Assembly: GCF_004010195.1 (NCBI RefSeq) | Contig: NC_057754.1 | Span: 1,818,306 to 1,882,305 of the forward strand | From: Chiloscyllium plagiosum | Lineage: Eukaryota | Reading direction: 5' to 3' | DNA: 64,000 nt | Shown: piece after piece, positions 1-13,007 of the stretch | Numbering within the stretch: the first letter of the stretch is position 1 | Layout of the letters: each line of letters opens with the position of its first letter | Translations under genes and position numbers: made by a program | The notes under the pieces: model-generated | Databases searched by the model: none | Told to the model about the DNA's origin: nothing | Seen by the model: only the letters and a program-made list of their open reading frames with translations

Positions 1-72
1 CATGCAGACACAGGGAGAATGTGCAAACTCCACACAGTCGCCTGAGATGGGAATTGAACCACTGTGCCACCC
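1..72 (-). mobile_element. HE1-type V-SINE, 5' part (cut by window edge, internal deletion in tRNA head)
   Basis: GAGAATGTGCAAACTCCACACAG...GAATTGAACC...ACTGTGCCACC matches the other HE1 copies in the window. Confidence 0.85.
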
Positions 73-912
73 ACTACCTTCAGCCTACTAGCAACTTAGT
101 GACAACAGAGACAGGCAGGGTGTACAATCAGCATTAGACTCAATCTCACCAGTTTCCACATTGCTGTGTTAACTTAAAATTGCTCTGAGTGAATCTTAGT
201 ATACACCGCAAAGGGATTTCAGAATTATGCTCAATCCTGTCTAGCTTGCATTCATTGACAAAGCAAACATAGATAGCAAGGTGAGGAATGCTTACATGGG
301 ATTTTCAGTCTGTGTGGCTCAGTCTGAGAAGGGGAAACCATTTCCATAGTGCTAGAGACTTCAAACGGCACGTGTCATTTTTATGTTCAGCAAATCCCAT
401 TTCTAAAAGCATCCACAGTTTTGTTCCTGATATTCTTCATTCTGCTATCACCTCTCCCCTTCAATATATTCTACTTTTATTCTTCAGTAGAAGCACTGCA
501 AAGGATCAAAAATAGGAAAATAAATTTTAAAAAGAAATCCATGGCAATAAACATAATACCATGAAGAAGTCAAACACCTTCTGGTTGGTAAGGAGTTTGT
601 GTGTTTAAAGTGCTTTACACAGAAACACAAATGAAACCAGTTTTCAATGACGTCTTATTTTCTGAAAACTTGTATGGACAATACAAATATACTTGTAAAG
701 TGACTGTAGTGAGCAGTGTAAAGCAATGCGACTTACAGGATAGCTGGATGAGGGGTAACTAGGATACGGCATTCTGCAAAACGAGACAGCCTATGATATC
801 GCATGGAAAATATGCAGCTTCTTTCTCTCTCTCTCCCGCTCCCTGATGATAGGGGAGAAAAGAGAAATAAGTTTTGCTAGCCACAGAACATCAGTTACTT
901 AGTCTAACATGC

Positions 913-1104
913 TTTGAAGATGCCGGTGTTGGATCGGGGTGCACAAAGTTAAAAATTACACAACACCAGGTTATAGTCCAACAGGTTTAATTGGAAGCCC
1001 TAGCTTTCAGAGCGCCACACCTGATGAAGGAGCGGCGCTCCGAAAGCTAGTGTACTTCCAATTAAACCTGTTGGACTATAACCTGGTGTTGTGAGATTTT
1101 TAAT
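913..1104. mobile_element. Fold-back PLE pLTR insertion, family B, with 14-bp TSD
   Basis: Inverted arms ~949-1016 and ~1034-1103; TSD TTAGTCTAACATGC at 899-912 and 1105-1118; same terminus as the GIY-YIG-bearing element at 29330-30690. Confidence 0.85.
1017..1053 (+). ncRNA. Minimal type I hammerhead ribozyme (family B)
   Basis: ACAC-CUGAUGA-A-GGAGC(GGC)GCUCC-GAAA-GC-UA/GUGU: stem I ACAC:GUGU, 5-bp stem II, palindromic AGCU in place of stem III. Confidence 0.8.
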
Positions 1105-1814
1105 TTAGTCTAACATGCATTTGTATTCTCCCCAGCCCTCACTATGCTGGATTAAGAAGCGGAATTTAAATAGTAGGCGAGTTGCACTGTCTGATGGATT
1201 GGGTGAGCACGGAGAGGCCAATCTAGCTTTGTTCACGTGTTTGTATGTAACTGTGAGAGAATTGTCAATTCTGACTGGGAGGATTTTACTGAGCTGAGTG
1301 TATGGGAAATAAATTAACAGCAGCAGAAATATCATCATTAATCCACTGATATTTCAGCTTCAGCTGTGCATCTTAGTTCACTCTCTTCACACTTAATGCC
1401 AATCTCTGTGTTTTCCAATGCTTTTGACTGTGTGGAGTAAATATTATAGGATGCCTGTGAAGGTGAAATGTCTGAAATGACTTTGATTAAAAGTTTCTAG
1501 GTAACAGCAAAAGGTGAGAATTCTCTTATTTCACTGGGGCAAGCTTTGCAGGCCGGAAACTCAGCAAACCATATATTGAAGGTCTGATTCTAATAATGAG
1601 TTATATCGTTTTGTTTTACACCCTTTTCTGATTTTAAAGGAGTAATATCACAACAAATTATATATGCCTTTGTTCCCTATTTATATTTGTGATATGACTG
1701 TACTCCTTTCAAGTTGTGTGAGGACTTGTACAGAAAATAGTGACCTGCAGTGAACTTAGACATCTAGAGAGACCAGCTCACAAGGCCCATGGAGACAGAT
1801 TTTGTTTTCTTTAT

Positions 1815-2045
1815 TGTTGGGATTGCTGCAAGGCCGACATTTATTGCCTATTCTCAGTTGCCTTGAAGAAGATGGTAATGAGCCTCTTTCTGAATCGCCT
1901 TGGGATGCAGGGATACTCATAGAACTGTTAAGCCGGGTGTTCAAGGATTTTGACCCAATGTCAGCAAAACACCGTGGCATATATTCAGTATCACTGGAAC
2001 TCCTGTGCTTGCACCACTTATAGAGAGTGCCGTTCACAGTTGAGA
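1815..2045 (-). mobile_element. 3' tail of second LINE family (CR1/L2 group), degenerate
   Basis: CATTTATTGCCTATTCTCAGTTGCCTTGAAGAAGATGGT is the reverse complement of the tail seen at ~38180-38280 and ~57480-57580. Confidence 0.6.
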
Positions 2046-2833
2046 GGGTTGCCTTACCAGGAGAGATAGAGTAGATGGGGACTGTACTAATTGGAATTTA
2101 GAAGAATGGTGGGGGGGATCTTAGAGAAACTTATAAAATTATGAATGGAATAGATAAGATAGAAGCGTGGAGGTTGTTTCCACTGGTGGGTGAAACTAGA
2201 ATAAGGGTTATCGCCCCAAAATAAGGAGGAGCAGATTTAGCACTGAGTTGAGGGGAACTTCTTCACCCAAAGGCTTGTGAATCTGTGGAGTTCCCTGCCC
2301 AATGAAGCAATTGAGGCTACCTCATTCAGTGTTTTTAAAGAAAAGATAAACTGATATTTGAACAGTAAAGGAATGAAGGGTTTTGGTGGGTGGGCTGGTA
2401 GGTGGAGCTGAGTCCATAAAAAGATCAGCCATGATATTATTGAATGGCAGAGCAGGCTGAATGGTCCAGATTATATTAGATTCCCTCCAGTGCGCAAACA
2501 AGCCCTTCGACCCAACAAGTCCACATGGACCTTCCGAAGAGTAACCCACCCAGACCCATTCCCCTACTCATGCATCTAACACTGTGGGCAATTTAACTTG
2601 GGCCAATCCACCGAACCTGCACATCTTTGGATTGTGGGAGGAAACCGGAGCTCCCAGAGGAAGCCCATGCAAACACGGGGAGAATGTGCAAACTCCACAC
2701 AGACAAATGCCTGAGGCTGGAATTGAACCTGGGTCCCTGGCGCTGCAAGGCAGAAGTGCTAACCACTGAGCCACCGTGCCACCGAAATGGCCTACTGCTG
2801 CTCCTAGTTCTTATGTTCTTATGTTATGTTCTA
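2046..2833 (+). mobile_element. CR1-type LINE 3' fragment interrupted by an HE1 SINE
   Basis: Decayed RT C-terminus (GDLRETYKIM..., NFFTQRLVNLWSSLP) and TTCTTATG-repeat tail. Confidence 0.8.
2468..2783 (-). mobile_element. HE1-type V-SINE, full length
   Basis: tRNA head with A/B boxes, V-domain, CR1-like tail ending in TCTAA-type repeats on the minus strand. Confidence 0.9.
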
Positions 2834-3957
2834 AACCATATGTTTAGTAACTCCAAATAAAACTGTCCTCAGCCATACCTGAGTGGGGGATAACCTGGAA
2901 CACCAGTTATTTGTGATCTTGTCCTGGTAATCAATTTTCCCCTTTAAAATTTCATTGTGTGCACTCTGTTTTTTCCAGTGTGTTATCGTTTCATTTTTTA
3001 AACATTGTACCTACCCATTATTTATTATAGAGCAAGGTTTTGCTAGCTATCTTACAGACTGCTACACAGTGAAACTCAGCAGGAACATTTTTAGGAATTA
3101 TCCCTCATGGTTGGAGCCCAGACAGGCTAATTCAGTGGTTTTTCAATCGTTGTGGGTGTAATTCTGCCTGACCTGATGAGAGGACATTCCTGCAGCAATC
3201 AGTGCAGAGTTATCAAAATTCCCTGCTGCCTTGCACTTAATCCAGTGATGCTGTTATTAATCCTGTACCACCAGGGAACTAATTGCAAGTAACTTAGTGC
3301 AGAGCAAGAATGAAACCATGTTTGAATCTGGATCCCAATGATTTTGTGGATCACTGCTCTACTGAGTGGTGAGCTTATCAATTAGGGTTCACTTGTGGGA
3401 TGTGGGTGTTGCTGGCTGACCAGCATTTATTGCCTCTCTCTGAGAATGAGATTGCAGAGAACAAATGGGGGCAAATACATGACTGAGTGGAGGAGATCAC
3501 TGGCTTTCTTCCTGCACTACTGTACATTTCACTAGAGTCTGAACACCAAACTGATCCGGATAGTGACCTCGGACCAGGCTGACATTGTATCACTCCATCG
3601 CCTCCTCTACTGGTCCCAAAAGAACAGGTCTATCCTCCTCTACACCATACTGATCTCCAGGATCTCCTGATCCCTGTACACAAATGAGGCATCGATTTCC
3701 TTTGGAATGAAAGTCTGCAACTGTGGACTGTCAGTACATGAGGGACTGTGTGGTGAACTTTTGTGCCAGCACCAGGAATGGCGATATATCCCAAGGTGAG
3801 TACCTCCAGCTATAGCAAAAGGGAGAATTGGGGTAGCATTGTACGGGGAGTTGTACCATCGATATGTCGTAGGTCGTTAATGAAGCACATTTGGGATGAT
3901 CACGCAAGAAAACTTGCCGGGCCTCATTGGAGAGAACTTCTTTATGAAACTCAATAA

Positions 3958-4270
3958 GAGTGGCACGATGGCTCAGTGGTTAGAACTGCTGCTTCACAGC
4001 ACCAGGGACCCGGGTTTGATTCCTGACTCTGGCAACTTCTGTGTGAAGTTTGCACGTTCTCCATGTGTCTGTGTGGGTTTCCTTTGGATGCTCTGGTTTC
4101 TTCCCACAATCCAAAGATGTGCAAGCCAGGTGAATTGGCCATGCCAAATTGCCATAGTGTTAGGTGCATCATTCAGGGGGAATGGGTCAGGGTTGGTTAC
4201 TCTTTGGAGGGTCACTGTGGACTTGTTGGGCCAAAGGGCCTGTTTCCATACTGTAGGGCATCTAATGTAA
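3958..4270 (+). mobile_element. HE1-type V-SINE, full length
   Basis: TGGCTCAGTGG A-box, GGTTTGATTCC B-box, V-domain, GGGCCTGTTTCCATACTGTA tail. Confidence 0.9.
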
Positions 4271-4479
4271 AAAAAACGATGCAGCCAAAATATGAGAAGA
4301 TTCAGCCTGATATATTCTGGAGCATTAACACCATCCATAATTTTGGTCTTTAGTTTCTATGGAACTGCTAATGCCGTCAGGTGGAATGTCCTCTCTAAAC
4401 CTCTTCATTTTTTCTTAATGCTTTAAGGACTCCTTAAAACGTAACTTGACCAAGCTTTGACCTGACCGATCATCTTAAA

Positions 4480-4600
4480 AAAAACCAAAAGTTACGTGAA
4501 TGCTGGAAATTGGAATCAAAAACCAAAATTGCTCGAAAACCTCAGCAGGTCTGATAGTATCTGTGGAGAGAAATTAGAGTTAAAGGTTCAAATCAGGTAA
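4480..4600 (-). mobile_element. PLE pLTR fragment, family D, degenerate
   Basis: AAATTGCTCGAAAACCTCAGCAGGTCTG...CTGTGGAGAGAA is the reverse complement of the 3' end of the Penelope element at ~10385-10483. Confidence 0.6.
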
Positions 4601-5939
4601 CCCTTGTACTTGATAGTTTCTTTTGTGAAATGCTTTGGTAGATTTACATTCAGCACATCATCAAGAAGGCTAATGGGATGCTCTCCTTTATTATGAGAGA
4701 AATTGAACATAACATCTCAAATACTGTGTGCAGTTTTGCTCTTTTTAAGGAAGAATGAAAATGCATTGCAAATGGTTCACAGGAGGTTGACTGGTTTGAA
4801 ATCTGAAATGAGTTGATTGTCTTATGAGGAAAGATTGGACGATCTTTTGTCTCGTTTCCACTTAGAGAATGTCAGTTAATTTAAAAGAAGAAAGTCTGCC
4901 TCTAGCCATAGGTAACAGACGCAGATCAATATATCAGAGAAAAGAGTATAATGACATGACTACAGAAATTGGAGGCTAGTGCAGATGAATGTAAAGCTGG
5001 AGAGATGGTGCAGGGTTTTAAATTCTGGGCTTTGCAACTGGTTCTGCAAGAGGCAGAATTGGCACAAAGCCAGTTTAGTGTATCCCAATAGGGCCACATC
5101 TTGAAGATAGAATATTATTAGAGGCCTTTCGACTCTTTTGCCCAGGCGTTTTAAAAGGTATATAATTAATCTTACTGTACTTCTCTCTGATAACTGCTGT
5201 GGCATGCAACAGCACATGGTTTTGGAAAGAGAAGTTAGAAAATCAAAAATATGATGCAGATTTGGCTCAGACAGCAGCAGGGAAAGGAACCAATTGGAAT
5301 TCTTTTTCATTTCACCATTGTAGTTATTGTAGGGAATAGGGGAAAGATGTGACAGGACTTGCAGTCTGCTCAGCAACATATAGCCACAGAAATTAAATCT
5401 TTATGCAAAAACCTCCCTCACACATTGAGTATCAACATACTGCCCATCTTGGCAGGTCACAGGCTAGCTTACCAGTACTAATGACAGGGTTGATCGAACA
5501 GTTTTTAAGGAAATGACAAACACTCCCATGGCAGGTACCTCCTCCACACATCTGCATCTGTGTTGCATAATACTGAACATCAAAGCGTGGGTGGTACAGA
5601 CCAAGGTTCCGACAGGAGCTGCACCAGGTTCAGCTGGCTATTTGGAATACGTTTTCACTGTTTAAAATAAGAATTTTTCCTGCCATTGTGCCATCAATTT
5701 CTGCATACTTTGCTTTTAGTTTCATTTTTTAAAAAATCAATATTTTAAATTTTGTAGAAGGAACAAGAATCACGAGAGGTTTGCTGGTGCTGTTTACTGA
5801 TAGTTTAAAATAGTTTGGTCAGGTATGGGACCTGATCATAGGTTCACAAAGATAAGAAGCAAAGTTGGAAATAGAGGGCAGGAAATTGGTAAGCAAATAT
5901 GAAAGGTAGAAGATATAAAGATTAAAAAATAGACAAAAA

Positions 5940-6245
5940 CACAGTGTCTAACGGTATGTATTTCAGTGCAAGGAGTCTAATGAATAAGGCAAATAAGTTG
6001 AGGGCACAGACAGAAACTGAGAAGTATTTCTTTGTGATTACAGAGAAATGATTGAAAAAAGGGCAGGAATGGCAACTTAATATTCCTGGTTACAGGGCTT
6101 TCAGATCAGACCGAGGGGATGAAAAAAAAAAGGCTGGGCTGGAATATTGCTTCATGAAACAATTACAGCTGAGAGAAGGGATAATACAGCAGAAGGGTCA
6201 TTAAATGAGGTCATAAGGGTTGAACTGAAAAACAAAAAAGGGCCA
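5940..6245 (+). mobile_element. CR1 ORF2 N-terminal (APE endonuclease) fragment
   Basis: YFSARSLMNKANKLRAQ...LNIPGYRAFRSDR...IRVELKNKKG; similar fragments at ~29130-29300 and ~59120-59420. Confidence 0.7.
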
Positions 6246-6919
6246 GCATACTTCAAGAAAAACACAATAATTCCTAAACCTTTAGAGAATTTTCACTTAG
6301 ATTTTCATAAATTATTAGAGTGCTTTCTATCTACATACCCACCTGTGTTTCTAATAACAGTGTATCAGAGTGACTGACATGAGCTTAATTAATTTATTTC
6401 TTCAGTTGCCTTTGCACTGTGGCAAAAGCAAAAAGAAAAGCTGTAAACATTACAGATAAAGTAAACATGGAGAAAATAATTCATGTTCTACACTGTTTGT
6501 CTTTAATATTAAATTCTGTACAAAGCATTCACTGGCCAAACTGGTGGGTACTGACACACCTTGTGTGCTGCTAATTAATTCTTTCTCCCTTCTTGAGCTT
6601 TATTGTTTCTCATTCAAATTGGAAACTTCTAAGTTTTTCTTAACAATTATTGAGGAACTCCACTAACAAGACTAAGACCCATAGTACAGGACAGAAACCA
6701 GGTAAGTGTACCAATCAAGGAACTGAAAAGAACCTGGAGAAACAAGATTGAAGAACAGAAAGTTCTGGAAAACCAAAAGGAACATCAAACCCTGTGGATT
6801 TGTGCTAATGAACTATTTTCCAAAGTTTCTTTCATTCCCTGCACTGTTTTGTGTGGGTGTGTGTGTCTGGGGGGGCGGTTGGGGGGGAGGGGGGAGATGC
6901 TTGGGCCAGGCAGGAGGAG

Positions 6920-7235
6920 TGCGTAGTTTCTCATAGGCTCAGGAACAGTGATTCGATTCTATCCTTAGACTGTCTGTGTGGATTTTGCATATTCTCCCCA
7001 TGTCTGCGTGTGTTTCCTTTGGGTCCTCCGATTTCCTCCCACAATTCAAAGATGTGCAGCTTAGGTGGATTGGCCATGCTAAATTGCCCATAGCTTGCAG
7101 GAATATGCAGGCTGGTTGGATTAGCCAGGGGAAATGCAGGGTTACAGGGATGGGGTAGGGAATGGTCTGGGTGGGATGCTGTTCAGAGGGTTGTTGTGGA
7201 CATGATGGCCTGAATAGCATGCTCCCACACTAGGG
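6920..7235 (+). mobile_element. HE1-type V-SINE with degraded head
   Basis: TGTCTGTGTGGATTTTGCATATTCTCCCCATGTCTGCG V-domain, TTGGCCATGCTAAATTGCCC. Confidence 0.8.
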
Positions 7236-8367
7236 TTTCAATGATTTTATAAACAAATGTTTTGATGCTTGTCCACATTAATCTGTATGTGTGTGGGGAG
7301 GGTTTGAAAAGGGGGTTAGATTTTTAACAGTTACACCTTCTATTTCTAGTTCATGGCTGTTACTTGTGATCAGCGTTTACGTAATTGTAATAAACATTAG
7401 CTCTTGTTAAGTGCAGGAATCTGGTCAATGTTTTCTGTTAACTGTCTTCCAATAGATTGGTAAATCATGAATTTTATGTGCTTTGATTAAATCATTAATT
7501 TTGTGGCTACCCCAGAAGTAGTGGAGCTTGCAAATCAGTGCCTTTCCCAAATGGATTGTAAGAAAACTCAAACTTGAAGTCAATGATGGTAAGACATCCA
7601 TAAATCAGACAATTTAAATCATGCTCAAAGAGGCTAGTATTAAAGGAGTGCAGATATCTTGGGTTGTAGATTGAGAGGAGATTATAGAAATAGGGCTAGA
7701 TAAACAACAAAGTTTAGCCACCAATTGAGCAGTGAAAATAGTTCATGTAAACTATTTTGCACGCTTTCTGTTCCTGGCAATTAACTGAAGATTTTTTTCA
7801 CTAACACTTCTGTGGTTGTAACTTTTGAAATGTGAATGTCTTCAGTTGTTCACTGACAGCGTCAACCCAAATGCCTGGAGTGTATTTTCTAAAGATGTAC
7901 ATAACTCATTCCAACCAGTAAATATAAAATGTGAATTGGTGGTGTTCTTACAGCTGCAGTTACTCTTTCTACAGCCTTTTTTTTAAAGTTCCTGGTGTTG
8001 GTTGTCATAACAGAGTGACAGATGGAAAACTCCAATAACCAAACCAAGCATTTCAGCTGCAATTATATAGATTAAATTGGAGTAATATCAGGTTTTATTT
8101 CACTACAGTAGCCTGCCATTAAAATGTTATTTCAGGAGTAAATAGGAGCTGTGCAGCAAGCTAATTTACTATAAGTAGAGATACAGGCATTATCTCAGTG
8201 GGGCTTTAATGATTTTTACCATTTTAACTGGGGCATGCGATAATTCACTACTTAAATAGTTCAGTAATTCAGTCCTCTTAATAAAACCATATAGAAGCAT
8301 ATTCTTTCAGTCATTGGGCTACCTAGGATATGCTTAGCCTATCTAATAGAGCGGTAGGATCATTGTA

Positions 8368-10483
8368 TCAGCCTGATCCTGCCCCACCGATCTTGTTTCC
8401 TCCTACTTTGACTCCATGCTCTCTCCCTTTGTCCAGATCCTGCCCACCTACATCCATGATTCCTCTGATGCTTTCCATTATATTGATAATTCCCAGCCCC
8501 CAGACCCGAACTGCCTGTTGTTCACCATGGATGTCCAATCCCTCTATCCCTCCAGAATAGTCTGAGAGCTCTCAGCCTCTTTCTCGACCAGAGGCCTAAA
8601 TAATCCCTAACCACCACCACTGTCTGCTTGGCTGAACTTCATCTCTCACTGGATAATTTCTCCTTTAATTTATCTCACTTCTGCCAAGTCAAAAGAGTGG
8701 CTATGGGCAATCCACATGGGTGCCAGTTATGCTTCCTTATTCATGGGATTTGTGGAACGACCCTTGTTCCAGTCCTGTGCTGGACCCCTCTCACAACTCT
8801 TTCATTGGTACGTCGGCAATGTTTTTGGTGAAAAGTTTGTTACTTTTGCCTCCAATCTCCACACCCACTATAACTTTCACATAGTCCATCTCTGACACTT
8901 CCCTCCCTTTCCTTAGCCTCTCTGTCTCCATTTTGGGGAATAAACTGCCATCTGCTACAAAGCCACTGACTCCCATAGCTATTTTCACTCTATCTCTTTG
9001 CACATCACATCCTGTAAGGATTCCATCCCATTCTCCCAGTTCCTTTGCCGATGTTGTATCCGTTTGGATGATGCCACCTTCCAAACAGTGCTGCTGACTT
9101 GGCTTGGTTCTTCCATGACCGTGGTTGACAGGGTATCTGTCAACAGTATCTGACCTATCACCCATGCTTCTGCCCTTGTCCCTTCCCATCACTTGCAACA
9201 GCATGATTGGGTCTCTCTCCTCACTTGTTATCCCAAATACCTCTACAGTCAAAGGATCATCCTCAACCATTTCAGACAACTCTAGCAGAACACCACCACC
9301 ACCAAACACATCTTCCCCTCACTCTCCTGCCTGCATTTTGCAGGGATCGTTCCCTCCAGGACACCTTAGTCCATTCCTCAATGACCACCAACACCGCCGT
9401 CCGTTCCAAGGCACCTTGCCATGTAACTTCAAAAGGTGCCCCTTCTCTTCCTCCCTGGTCAATATCCAAGGGCCTAAACAGTCTTTCCAGGTGAAGCTGC
9501 ATTTCACCTGCACCTCCTCCAATCTGGTATGTTGTATTTACCGCACCTTAGATTTAGATTTAGATTACTTGCAGTATGGAAACAGGCCCTTTGGCCCAAC
9601 AAGTCCACACCGACCCTCCAAAGAGCAACCCACCCAGACACATTCCCCCACACCTAACACTACGGACAAGGAAAATTTAGCATGGCCAATTCACCTAACC
9701 TGCACATCTTTGGACTGTGGGAGGAAACCGGAGCACCCGGAGGAAACCCACGCAGACACAGGGAGAATGTGCAAACTCCACACAGGCAGTTGCCCGAGGT
9801 GGGTATTGAACCTGGGTCTCTGGCTCTGTGAGGCAGCAGTGCTAACCACTGTGCCACCGTGCTGCCCACCTGACATGGCCTACTCTACATTGCAGAAACC
9901 AAACGCAAACTGAGTCACTGCTTTGCAGAACGCCTCCAGTCCTTGTGCAAGCATGACCACGATCTTCCCATAGCTGGTCATTTTAGCACAGCATCCTGCT
10001 CACATGCCAACTTGCCTGTCCTCAATATGTTGTAATACTCCATCGAATCTTAGCGCAAACTGGAGGAACAGCATCTCCTCTTCAACCTACAACCTACTGG
10101 ACTTAAAATTGAGTTCATTGCCTTCAGATTGTGAACTCACTCTCATTTCTTCCCTTTCTTCTGGCTCGACTTGCTGTATTCTCTGTCACCATGTCCTCTC
10201 TCCCCTTCTCCCACCCCACTGGACTGTCTGTTCTTTCCAGGCTTGCAGTTAGACACACCATTGTACTGCCATTCCCACATTCTGAATGTTAAATCTGCTC
10301 TATCACCACCCTTTCTCCCCCAGCACTCTCCCCACCTCCTCCCTACCATTGCATAAATGTTGCCCCCTCCACACTTCATGTCAGTTCTGATGTAGACTCA
10401 TCTGAACTTGAAACATTAGCTTGCTCTCTCTCCACGGATGCTGCCTGGCCCATTGTGATCTCCAGCCTTTTATTGTTTTCAGT
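8368..10483 (+). mobile_element. Decayed Penelope-like element: RT, GIY-YIG endonuclease and family-D 3' pLTR
   Basis: Frameshifted RT motifs (LPTYIHDS, LLFTMDVQSLY, DNFSFN, VAMG); FTCTSSNLVCCI...LLYIAET GIY-YIG split by HE1; decayed hammerhead CTGATGT...GAAACATT near 10387-10417. Confidence 0.85.
9547..9868 (-). mobile_element. HE1-type V-SINE inserted in the Penelope GIY-YIG domain
   Basis: Complete HE1 sequence with (TTAGAT)n end, between the two halves of the GIY-YIG motif. Confidence 0.92.
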
Positions 10484-12214
10484 ACAGAAACAGACTATTT
10501 GTCTCCAATTGGTCTATGCTCTGCTTGAGGTAGTCTGCCTTCCTGATGGTTAATTCAGTTAATGCACCAGCCAGTATTGTACTGAGTCATTCAGACTGGA
10601 TTTCACTCATGGTCAATGTAGAATTAGCTGTATAATAGAAATTACAAAAGGTTCCCACTTAGGATTACAGTCAAGAAGGTTGCATGCAGGGAAGTCAGCC
10701 TTTATGGTTTTTAATATGTTATTGAGAGTATAGACACTGCTGACAGGACTAATCTCAGTACTCAGTCCTAGTTCCATGACCACTGAGGGCTCACTCAACC
10801 ACTTCTGAGGAGATTAAGAGTATAGTAATTGTAAATGCAGAATATAATCCAGTGTGGTCAGGGTGACAGCTTCTCATTCCCGAAAGACATCGCTGAAGGA
10901 GTCCAACAATTCATCAACATTTTTGGCTAATTTTTCTGTTACTTGGCTACAAATGACCATGTTTATTGTAATTCATCTTATGATTGGCTATGGTGAGATT
11001 TAAACTCAAAATCTCTCCTTTTGTGTCACCTTAGCTGAGCACCATGTTGACAACTTCAGGTTGTGACCAAGATCAGACTCAGCTTTGACTTCCTTCAAGG
11101 ACTCCCAGCGGTCACTGTTAGAATTCATGCACAGATGTCTGGGAGAGAAACTGGAGGTCTGCTTAAATCCATTGAATTGTGCCCCACTCAGCCTCAGGCA
11201 TCGGCCCTCAGCAACAACAACTTGCATTTATATAGCTCTTTTAATGTGTTACAATGCCCAAGGTGTATTATAGGAGCATGATCGAACATAATTGAAATAA
11301 GCCAAATAAGGTGATATTCGTGACAGGTAGCCAGCAGCTTGGTGAATATGATAAATTTTAAGGAGCATTTTAAATGCGATTAAGTGATGAAGGTGTAAGT
11401 TCCAGACTAGAATCCCCATACAGAGAGCATTGTTGGGACCTAGAGCTGGCTGGCCATGCAGCCCAGGGCATTGAGAAGACCCACTTCATTCCCTGCCCTG
11501 AATTCCCTGCCCAGTTTAAGCAGCTTGTCAGTCTAACGGTGAGAAGCTCTATGAGCTGCTGGGTGTGGTGTCAATCACATTTGTTTTGGGTGTGGAATGT
11601 GGAAAGAACCTGCTCAACATCCAAGCCATGCTGTGAACCAAGAAGACTGGACTTCTAGGAAGATAAAAGGACAAGATAGGAGAAAAATATGAAAGATGAA
11701 ACCTGTGAGTGGCAGAGCTAGACTCTGTTTTTGGAGAAGCATTTCTTCAAAGTACTCAGACTTGAACTATACTTTAAGTTGAAGTATTAAATTATTAAAT
11801 TCCCTTCTTGCAATTGTGTGCTTGAGAAAATGATTGCTTCTTCATGAGATTCCCTAAGACAGTGAGTGGTGCATATATCACTACAGACATAAGGAGCTTC
11901 AAGAATTCAGCATGCAATTGGCTGGAGCTTTGCACAAATCTCTTCAAGAATTGTGAAGCACTTTCTTCCAATTGTCATAAATAAGTCACATTCTTGCATG
12001 CAAAAAAGCAACATAACCTACTGAGATTTGGGCAGTTGGGACCTAGACAGCTTGTGACATAACACTGGTAACTTAGAAATCAGCAGAAAATGACCCTATA
12101 TTGATAGTTGAGATCACTGAAGCCCCAGCATCAGTCTGTTGCAACATGGACATGGTTTCCATCTCCAATATCCACTTGCTGCAGTACGACATAAACTGGA
12201 AACTCCATTTATTT

Positions 12215-12452
12215 AAAATAAAACAAAGAACTGTGGATGCTGTAGATCTGAAGCAAAAACAAAAATTGCAGAAGAAACTCAGCAGATCTGGTGTAATTTG
12301 TGGAGAAGAAGCAGAGTTAACATGTAGAGTCCAATGACCCACCTTCACAAATGTTTTGATGAAGTGTTACTAGACTGGAAACGTAGCAGCTGCTTTATCT
12401 CCATGGTTGCTGCCAGACCTGCTGAGTTTCTCCAGCAATTTCTGGCTTTGTT
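12215..12452. mobile_element. Fold-back PLE pLTR insertion, family D, old
   Basis: Imperfect inverted arms AAATTGCAGAAGAAACTCAGCAGATCTGG / CCAGACCTGCTGAGTTTCTCCAGCAATTT with a decayed hammerhead core between them. Confidence 0.75.
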
Positions 12453-12680
12453 CCTGTATTTATTTAATGTCTTTTACAACGTAAGAAGTCCTTTTACAAG
12501 TACTTCCTGGTTATTTATGTACTTTTTGAAATACATTTATTTTTATAGTGTCGAAAACATGGCTGCCAACTCGTGCACATTAAACTCCCACAGACACCAA
12601 TTATGTGAATTAAATTATCCAGATTTTTGTTGAGTGATTTTGGTTGGAGGGTAAATATTGGCAAAGACCTGGATGAAAAA
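12453..12680 (-). mobile_element. Deu-domain SINE (SacSINE1-like) 3' part
   Basis: ATGGCTGCCAACTCGTGCACA...GTTGGAGGGTAAATATTGGC resembles the reverse complement of the Deu domain; similar to 25985-26385. Confidence 0.65.
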
Positions 12681-12721
12681 TTGTCTAATAAATAACTCAA
12701 AGTAGCATTGATATGAATAAA

Positions 12722-13007
12722 AATGTAAGAAGTAGGAGCAGGAGTAGACCATCTAGCCCACTGAGCGTGTTCTACCATTCAATAAGATCATGGCTAATCT
12801 TGTTGTGGACTCAGCTCCACCTACCTGCCTGCTCACCACAACCCTTAATTCCTTTACTGTTCAAAAATTGATCTATCTTTGCCTTAAAAACATTCAACGA
12901 GGTAGCCTCAACTGCTTTACAGGGCAGGGAATTCCATAAATTCATAACCCATTGGGTGAAGAAGTTCTTCCTCAACTCATTGCTAAATCTGCTCCCCCTT
13001 ATTTTGA
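12722..13007 (-). mobile_element. CR1-type LINE 3' end
   Basis: AGAAGTAGGAGCAGGAGTAGACCAT tail; TGAAGAAGTTCTTCCTCA (RKNFFTQ on the minus strand). Confidence 0.85.

Noticed and set aside
488..593. Possible first coding exon (polypyrimidine-AG, ACCATG, MKKSNTFWL, GTAAGG donor)
   Set aside because: Only 9 codons, no recognisable protein and no partner exon found; needs RNA-seq
4920..5690. Possible LTR-retroelement gag remnant
   Set aside because: No motif clear enough to support a call
9125..9913. 262-aa ORF as a host gene
   Set aside because: Chimera of decayed Penelope sequence and antisense HE1
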